A stretch of DNA of 64,000 bases, filler included, from Pirum gemmata (taxonomy: Eukaryota): the NCBI GenBank assembly GCA_002812295.1. It is 22 parts of 22 records of this genome, joined end to end, with 100 filler letters (N's around TTAATTAATTAA, not from the genome) between each part and the next. Parts side by side here need not be neighbours in the genome. Positions count along the whole stretch, not along the records: positions 52,808 to 59,289 come from PDIN01006039.1; positions 59,390 to 61,895 come from PDIN01006040.1; positions 61,996 to 64,000 come from PDIN01006108.1; 19 more parts are not named here. One strand, written 5' to 3'. Position 1 is the first letter of the stretch, and the number at the start of each line of letters is the position of its first letter. The notes under the pieces are model-generated. The model saw only the letters and a list, made by a program, of their open reading frames with translations. It did no database searches and was not told the DNA's origin. This document shows positions 55,423 through 64,000 of the stretch, in pieces. The translations under genes were made by a program, and so were the position numbers.

Positions 55423-56658
55423 GTCCGCCGCCACCACCTCCTCCTCCTCCTCCTGCTGCTGGAGCCCCACCACCTCCTCCTCCACCTCCTCCTCCACCGC
55501 CACCACCACCAACAACAACGCCAGTACCTTCTGTGTCTGCAAGTCCTGGTGCGGCTAAGAAATCCCCTGCTGGTATGTTTTTAGTTTAGAATGAATTTTG
55601 TACCCCTTTTTTTGACATTCTATGTTTAGTATATTTTACTTTACTTCTAGTAATATACCTATTCCTCTACTTAAAAAAATACGAATATTAACAAGTCCTA
55701 GCACGGCTAAGAAACCTCCTGCTGATATGTTTTTAGTTTAGAATAAATTTTGTACACTTTAGTTGTCATTCTATGTTTAGTACATTTTAATACTCTTCTT
55801 AATTATATACCTATTCCTCTACTTAAAAATTTATGAACGTTAATAAATACTTTTTAATATTAGCCAGTGGTAAGGAAGATTTGCTCAGCTCTATACGTAC
55901 CGCTGGAATTGGTGTATTAAAACCTGCGAAAGATAGAAAAATGAAACAAAAGGTAATACTCACATTGATTTATATTGGTAACAATAGTCCCATTGCTGGA
56001 AATAACAATTAGATAATAAACCGAAGTATTTTTTTTTTCTTTTTTCTTTTTTCTAAATATAAGATGAAGAGAACTAGATATTATCAGAAACACATTTTTT
56101 ATACCGTCCCACCTAAGCTGCTGTTGCTTGTTTTTCCGATTTTTAGAGTTTACTAGTTTTCTCTTTGCTATCATTCCTCCCCCGTTTTTTTGTTTTTTAT
56201 ACTCTATCCTTCTTCATTCATTTTTGTGCTTTATTTTCATTTTGCGTTACTATCACTTGTTGTTGATTTTGAAAATTTTTACGTCTTGACGAGCAATATA
56301 TATTTGATTTATATACTTGCCCACTCGTTCGCATTTTACAACATGATACTGTAAATAATAAATATGAATTGAAAACCAGATTATTACAAAGTACTGTTGT
56401 TCATCAGTATAATGTAACTGTAGCGGCAAAAATCACTAAAAGTTTAGAGATTCCCGTCGTTAAACAAGAAATCATCAAGTACAAATCTATGGCCATTACA
56501 TTATATATATTACTAACTTCATTTTTTGATAGGAGAAACCGAAGCCAGAAAAAGCTGCACCGATTGATATGATGTCTGCTTTGCAGCAGCATTTAGAACG
56601 CCGTCGCTGTGCTATGGGTGGCCGAAAAAACAGCTCAGTGGACCATGATGCTGATTTG
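55423..56658 (+). CDS. WASHC1: WASH1 C-terminal exons: proline-rich, WH2 and central regions (55423-55572, 55864-55952, 56533-56658)
   Basis: Poly-P; GKEDLLSSIRTAGIGVLKPAKDRK; DMMSALQQHLERRRCAMGGRK; in-phase GT-AG introns. Confidence 0.85.
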
Positions 56659-57768
56659 GTAAGTAAGTTGGTCACATTACTTTTCTGGAGATTTGTGGGG
56701 GACATAAGTCTCGACAATTATATTTTTTATGGTAATGGGACAGCATTAATAATGCTAATGTTAACAAAATTGGTTGGGATGTGTAGTTGAAAAAGTAGCA
56801 TTAATTGTATATTGTAGTATTACTGTAGACTCACTTTGATGTTGATTTGGTAAGTAAATTGATTACATTACTTTTCTAGAGAGATGTAGGGACAGGTCTC
56901 GACAGTTGGTAATTGTTATGATAATGGGACATCATCAATAATGCTAATGTTAACAATAATGGTTGGGGTGTGTAGACGTAGCATTAGTTGTATATTGTAA
57001 TATCACTGTTGACTCACTTTTTTGTGTATTATTATTGTATGTGGTAAACCGAGTTTGTACAGGATATATTGTTGTATTTTATTGATAACCGTGTGCTGGT
57101 AGGTGTGAGAAGATTGTTTAGTAATGTTAGGGGTAGCACTATTGGTAGTTGGGTTGTGAGCTTAAAAAAAGTAGAAGTTATTTATCAAATTGTGGTCGTT
57201 ATCAGATAGCTTGTTTTTTTTTTTTGGTGACATTAACTGCAGCAATAGTTATTGGTAGGATGATTGGGTACAAATATTGGTTAATCTTTTTAACAATATT
57301 GCTATATTTCGTTTCTTTTTTTATTCTTCCCCTTTTTTTTCTTGTATCCTTTTTTTTTCTTTTTTTGTTATTATACTTACTAATTTTTTTATTTCTTTCC
57401 TTTGTTTATTTGATTATTTGTCGTTTTAGAGTGCTGGTGAGATGTCTGAATAAAAGACCAAAGGATACACTTTCCGCTGGGGAAGGAATGTTACTTCGTT
57501 TCCGGATATATATATATATATATGAGCGAAAATAACCGAANNNNNNNNNNNNNNNNNNNNTAACCCTAACCCTAACCCTAACCCTAACCCTAACCCTAAC
57601 CCTAACCCTAACCCTAACCCTAACCCTAACCCTAACCCTAACCCTAACCCTAACCCTAACCCTAGCGCTAACATTTTTATTGGTATGTGTGCTGTATAGC
57701 ATTTGGTGTAGTATCATACTGTAACATTTTTTTTTCACATTGTACTCGTATTATAACCCTTTGTTTAG

Positions 57769-59208
57769 GAAGCAAAAAAGCTACCCGAGTCTTATCCAGC
57801 GCAAAATATCCCGCTCCCACAAACTTGAACCATTTTACGAATACTTTTGGGTGTACAGTTAATTCTAGCGTAAAAGGTAACACAAGTAAGCTCGAAGTTA
57901 AGCACTATTATGACGCCAAAAAAAATGATACCGGTATTAACCGTGGGTATACTGAATCCAGCTGGAAACAATCACTTCCCAACTTTGATAGAATCAATGC
58001 GCAACTGAAAATGGATAGTAGGAATACTTTTTCTGAAGGCGAGGTTTGTCTTTACCTTTTGTATTTTAATTACCATATTAGTGTTGGTATTAGGGTTAGG
58101 TTTGGGGTTAGGGTTCGGGTTGGGTTTAGGGGTTAGGGGTTAGGGTTAGGGTTAGGGTTAGGGTTCTAGATTACGGGGTTAAGGTCAGAGCTTAGGGTCA
58201 GGACTTAGGGTCAGGGCTTAGGGTCAGGGGCTAGGGTTAGGTTAGGGTTAGATTTTATTTACCCATGTCTATATAGTTTTCATATTTGTATATTTAGACC
58301 ACTATTATTATTATTATTATTATTATTTGAAGTTTCTGCTTATTTACTAGTTTTGTGGTATCTTCTCCTTTAAATTACATAGTAAGCACCCCCGTTATTA
58401 TTATTGATTCTTGTTGCTATTATCGTGACTTTTTTTATCATAACAATACTGCTATTGTTACCATTTGTTATATTTTCTATTGTTGTTATCACTGAAGCTA
58501 TTAATAGTACATTGTTATTAGTTTATTTCGTATTTCTTTTGTTGATAAATCTATTAATAATTATATTTTTAATCTTATTCTGTGTATGTTCTTATGTAGG
58601 GCCTGGGGAGATTACCAAAAGAGACAAACGCAGTTAGCAACTTACTCCTCTTCAATACTAGTGAAAACCCATATAAGAAATATGTAGTACTTGACCCATT
58701 TGGAGGTAAAATTTAATTTTAAAACTCATGATTCATTACTTAAAGTGCATAGCTGTAAATTTGAATTTTAGTTGAATTTTATCAGTGCTATTTATGTATT
58801 TTTGCAAGCGTTCGTTTCATTATTATGTATTTTATCAGATATTTCTATTTCTGTTCAATTTATAATATTCACTCTTGTACTTCTTTACGTACATTATTTC
58901 ATTATCACTTCCTCTTCAATTATCTTACTGACCCCTGATTCCTGATTACCAAATTCACCGAGATTTTTTTTTTCTTTGCCTACTTCTTATCTTTTGTTAG
59001 CTGTTAATGCTTGCCCATATCCTCACCCAATCTTAAGCTTGATTTTATATGTGCAATTAATATCATACTATAATGACCCTTTTTACACTTGCCATCAATA
59101 TTTGTAATGAACCTTGTGTTCATGTATAGGGGGCGTTATTAAAGCCAATAGAGGTAAAGAGGAAGAGCCTGATACTATGGATGCAGCGCCTGCTTCTATT
59201 CTTAACAG
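57769..59208 (+). CDS. WASHC1: WASH1 N-terminal WAHD exons (57769-58043, 58600-58705, 59130-59208)
   Basis: [17 protein letters not shown] and [34 protein letters not shown] closely match remembered animal WASH1 motifs; phases compatible. Confidence 0.92.
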
Positions 59209-61709
59209 GTTGATTTTTTTTTATTTGTTCCTTCTTTTTTTATCTGTTTTTTATTTGTTCCTTTTTTTTTTTTTTTTTTTTTTTTTTTTNNNNNNNNNNN
59301 NNNNNNNNNNNNNNNNNNNNNNNNNNNNNNNNNTTAATTAATTAANNNNNNNNNNNNNNNNNNNNNNNNNNNNNNNNNNNNNNNNNNNNGCAACGGAGAG
59401 TTGCAGTACTTGCCCTTAGAAACGTTTCTCCGTAGTTAGAATTAAATAATTTCATTAGGACTCCTCAGTTCTATTCTTTTGAAAAAAGAAAAAAAAAGCG
59501 ACCGTCTTTAGGCTGACCGCACCGTAGCTAGCTAGAGCTGGCGCTATAGCTATGATAGCCTAGCTAGCTAGCTAGTTAGAGAGTATGGATAGTAGTTAGT
59601 TAGTTAGGAAAGTACGCAGATATTTCCATAATAAGATATAATTTCCAAAACAAAGACCAAAAGATCTATTAAACTATATATGTATACTTTATATTTTAAA
59701 AAGGTAACAGTTTATTTAATATTTCCATATATAACTATGCTCTAGTTAGCTAGTAGCTAGCTACTAAGTCTGTTTCTTTTTGTTTTTTTTATGACCATCT
59801 ACCAAATTTATTTTATTTAATTAATTAAAAATATTATATGAATGGGGTCTTGACTCTTGACTCTTGACTAACAGTCCCTAACCCAAAGAGCCAGCAAAGA
59901 CCCCAGGAAAAAGAAATAAAGTCTTTGCCTAACCCTAACTAACCCTACTTCTAGCTAGTCCTAGCTAGCTACTAGTTTATTATAGTTTTATTATCTGGTA
60001 TGCATAAAAATTATGATAATGATACTATATTATTATGTTAAATGATATTATTATAGCATAAAAATTTAATACCCTCCCGAGTCCCTACACCCCCCCCCCC
60101 ACTATATAAAAATCAATGTCAGTCTCACTAGCTAGGTCGGTCTGGGGATAATTTCCCGACCGACCGACCGAACCCCGACCGGAACGGATTGGACATCAGT
60201 TTTACTACACTGTGGTTAGACCACAGTAATAGCTAGTTACCCATAGTATCTATCCTTTTCATTTATTTTGTCACTTAGAATATTATTTATTTGGTACTTT
60301 TAAGTTTATAAACGTGGTTATTTTAAATTGAAATATAAGTTATTAAAAACGCCAAGTTAATTAAATTGTATCAAATTAACTTTGTATTTATTACTGCGTA
60401 TTCTATTATGACAAAAAAACTGAAAAGCTAGCTAGATAGGGGCTGAGGTCTTGAGGCTTCACCTTGTCCACTGGCTACGTGTATTATGATATCATACCAC
60501 TATAATAATATGATACCACTACCTGGATTAAAAGCTAGCTAGTCAGTAGTAGGGCTAAGTTTTGCCTCTATGGAATAATAACGGGGGGAATAGAACTGGG
60601 AAAAAATGGTCAAAAAGTGGATATATTTGTAAAATTGTAGTTTTGCTTATGTCTTGCTTATGTGGTCAAAAAGTGGATATTTTTGTAAAATTGTAGAGTT
60701 TTGCTAATGTGATTAGATAATAAGAACAAAGACTTTTAGTTCCGAGGGAATTATGATGCAGTGTGAAGCATTGTCATGGGTATAATTATTTTTTGGTTTT
60801 TTTGACTTTTTTTTTTTTTTCTGGTTGAGTATTTATTTATTGTATGGATAGAATAATGGGGGGAATAGTGTTTATCGGGAACGAAAAGTATTGGGATTGA
60901 GAATTACCAAATTTAAAAAAAATTCTGAAAAAAAGGATTATATTTTTTTTTGTCAAATTGTAGACTCACAATGTAGAGTGCTGCAGTATTGCTGCAGTAG
61001 TGCTGCTTATATATAATTGGATAAAATCAAACATTTTTAGTTGAAATTTCCTAGTTGAAATTTCCAAGGGATTTATTTTATCCTACTTCCTAGTAAAAAA
61101 GTTCCTAGTAAGTTCCTACAGTTTCCTACTAGTAGGGGAATCTAAGGGAATAAGACTGTATAAAAGGCTATGTAGAACTTTATAGAGGGATTTGCATACT
61201 GAATCTGGATACTGAATATTAGTGTATGTCATACATAGCATTACTATAGCATTGCATTGTTATACTATTGTTATGCAGATGTGTTATGGGTATATATTTT
61301 TTTTTTCCTGGTTGAATTTTCCGTGAGTAAAAGCACATTCAGTTTTTGAGCTGTCCAGCTCAAAAACTGAAATAAACGTACGAAATTATTATTATGGTTA
61401 AAAACTGTTAAAATTGGTATTTTATATTTATTAATGTTATATTTTATAAAAAAGCTCAATTATACATTCAACATACCAAATTAAGTAGGTAGACCTCTAT
61501 TCTCAATCTTTAATTCGTTACTGTTTAAGTGTATAACTGAACTTGTTAAAATAAAATATTATTATTGTTATTGTTATTATTAATATCATAAAATAACATA
61601 AAAATTAAAAGTGTGGAAACTATAAAATAGACTAGTTTTATCAGTATAATGAAGACTGCATAGTTTAGACTCAGTCTGTAATATAAAATTTATTCAGTTC
61701 CAACCTAAA

Positions 61710-61895
61710 ATGTTTATTGTTTATTGTTTATTGTTTATTGTTTATTGTTTATTGTTTATTGTTTATTGTTTATAGTTTGTTTATTGTTCCAACCTAAAAT
61801 GCAACATTGTTTATTGTTTATTGTTTATTGTTTATTGTTTATTGTTTATTGTTTATTGTTTATTGTTTATTGTTTATAAATATTGTTTATTGTTT
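61710..61895 (+). repeat. (ATTGTTT)n heptamer microsatellite, locally duplicated
   Basis: Two arrays, each preceded by GTTCCAACCTAAAATG. Confidence 0.9.
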
Positions 61896-62343
61896 NNNNN
61901 NNNNNNNNNNNNNNNNNNNNNNNNNNNNNNNNNNNNNNNTTAATTAATTAANNNNNNNNNNNNNNNNNNNNNNNNNNNNNNNNNNNNNNNNNNNNGGTTA
62001 GGGTTAGGGTTAGGGTTAGGGTTAGGCAGGGTTAGGGTTAGGGTTAGGGTTAGGGTTAGGGTTAGATAATAAATAACTCATATAATGACAAGTATTAGCG
62101 GTTTCGTATTAACATGTTTTAATTACAGAACAAACTAAAAGACGCACATGCCAACAAATAAATAAAAAGTAAACAAACAATTAAGCAATAACCATGTAAC
62201 AATAACAATAACAATAACAATAAACAACAACAAAAAAATATCAATATCAATATTAATAACAATAACAATAACAATAACAATAACAACATCAATATCAATA
62301 TCAGTATCTATATCTATACCAATATCAATATACCAATATCAAT

Positions 62344-62383
<40 letters not shown>

Positions 62384-62422
62384 GCAATAACAATAACAAC
62401 AATAACAATAAATTATTTAAAG

Positions 62423-63951
62423 GAACGGAGGAGTTGAAAAAGGCTCGATTTTATATAGCTGATTTTTCTCTCCCGAGAGCCAAAGAAAGATTAAGAAAAG
62501 AAAAAGAGATACAAGGAGATAAAGATAAAACTAAAGAACTAGCGGTCCAAGTAAGTTGTGAATTGTCGTTATTTTGATGATTACTGTGAAATAGGGTTAG
62601 GGTTAGGGTTAGGGTTAATACTATGTCATAGCCATAGTCATCGTCATCGTCATAACCTTATTCGTATTTATAGTCATAACCACTGTTATAATTAAAAGTT
62701 ATAGTTCGGGCTATCGTGTCATAGAACAGTAATAGTAATAGTAATAGTAATAGTAATTGTAATTGTAATTGTAATTGTGATTGTGATTGTGATTGTAATT
62801 TTAATAGTAATTGTACTAATAATAATAATAATAATAATAATAATAGTAATAGTAATAGTAATAGTAATAGTAATAGTAATAGTAATAGTAATAGTAATAG
62901 TAATAGTAATAGTAATAGTAATAGTAATAATAGTAATGGTAATAGAAATGGTTTAGTAATGGTAATACTAATACTAATAGAAATAGTAATAGTAATGGTA
63001 ATGCTAATACTAATAGAAATAGTAAATAGTAATGGTAATACTAATAGTAACAGTAATAGCAACAGTAGCAGTAATAGCAATAGCAACAGTAATAGCAACA
63101 GTAATAGCAATAGTAATAGCAATAGCAATAGTAATAGTAATAGTAATAGTAATGGTAATAGTAATAGTAATAGTAATAGTAATAGTATTAGTAATAGTAT
63201 TAGTAATAGTAATAGTAATAGTAATAGTAATAGTAATAGAAATAGTAATAGTAATAGTAATAGTAATAGTAATATCAATAGCAATAGCAATAGTAATAGT
63301 AATAGTAACAGTAATAGTAATAGTAATAGTAATAGTAATAGTAATAGTAATAGTAGTAATAATAGTAATAGTAATAGTAATGGTAATGGTAATAGTATTG
63401 TAAAAATGATAATAATAAGAATAATAGTAACAGTAACATTAAAAGTAACAGTAATACTAACACTAACACTAATACCAATACCAATACCAATACCAATACC
63501 AATACTAATACCAATACCAATACTAATACTAATACTAATACTAATACTAATACTAATACTAATACTAATACTAATACTAATACTAATACTAATACTAATA
63601 ATAATAGTATTAGTATTAGTATTAATATTAGTATTAATAATAGGAATAGGAGTAGGAAAAGGAATAGGAATAGTATCAGTAATATTAATAGTAACAATAA
63701 TGATGATGATTACAAGTGTAATTGTAATTGTCTTTGTAAGTTTGGTAAACTGTAAATTGACTTTCTTTATACTTCTTGTTTTGTTTTATATCTATCCCTT
63801 TTTAAATTTTTTATTAGGGTCAGGAAGAGCTTAAAAAATTAAAAAGTTTTACTAATTATTGCAGTCAAGTTGGTGGTGATCGAACTGTTGCTTATAGTCA
63901 TTTTTCACCTAATTCTAGTATGCTAGCTACTTGTGATTGGACTGGGATGTG
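62423..63951 (+). CDS. PRPF4: U4/U6 snRNP protein Prp4, internal exons (62423-62550, 63818-63951)
   Basis: LKKARFYIADFSLPRAKERL and CSQVGGDRTVAYSHFSPNSSMLATCDWTG match Prp4 at the start of its WD40 region; in-phase GT-AG intron filled with (AGTAAT)n. Confidence 0.92.
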
Positions 63952-64000
63952 GTATGTTTTTAGCTTTATAATAATAATAATGATAATAATAATAATAATG

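Noticed and set aside
57430..57453. Terminal WASH1 exon (SAGEMSE*)
   Set aside because: It lacks the acidic Trp-containing tail expected of WASH1, so it is not supportable.
60132..60187. GC-rich hairpin as a tRNA or other ncRNA
   Set aside because: No cloverleaf or A/B boxes. I recognised no tRNA, rRNA or CRISPR array anywhere in the window.

Overview
This is not a contiguous locus. It is a pseudo-scaffold of about 22 unrelated segments, mostly ~2.5 kb, joined by 21 artificial N-TTAATTAATTAA-N linkers. The source is a very AT-rich, intron-rich eukaryote using the standard code, with TTAGGG repeats and poly-N/Q proteins; an animal-like WASH1 suggests a unicellular holozoan or similar protist (inference only). 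Recognisable genes: WASH1 (six exons), PRPF4 (two exons), a GT47/exostosin glycosyltransferase, two C2H2 zinc-finger proteins, Old Yellow Enzyme-like exon(s), a possible P450 heme-ligand exon, a GPI-signal protein and a TM/coiled-coil protein. Also present: a decayed secreted ankyrin gene, Copia and L1-like remnants, and at least eight small TIR (MITE) types. Most striking observations: (1) WASH1 and one zinc-finger gene have their 3' halves upstream of their 5' halves on the same strand, probably from scaffolding but testable; (2) interstitial telomeric tracts flanked by 10-14 bp direct repeats; (3) a MITE family with variable 6-9 bp TSDs; (4) recurrent tandem duplication of exon ends. All homology calls come from remembered motifs, not database searches.
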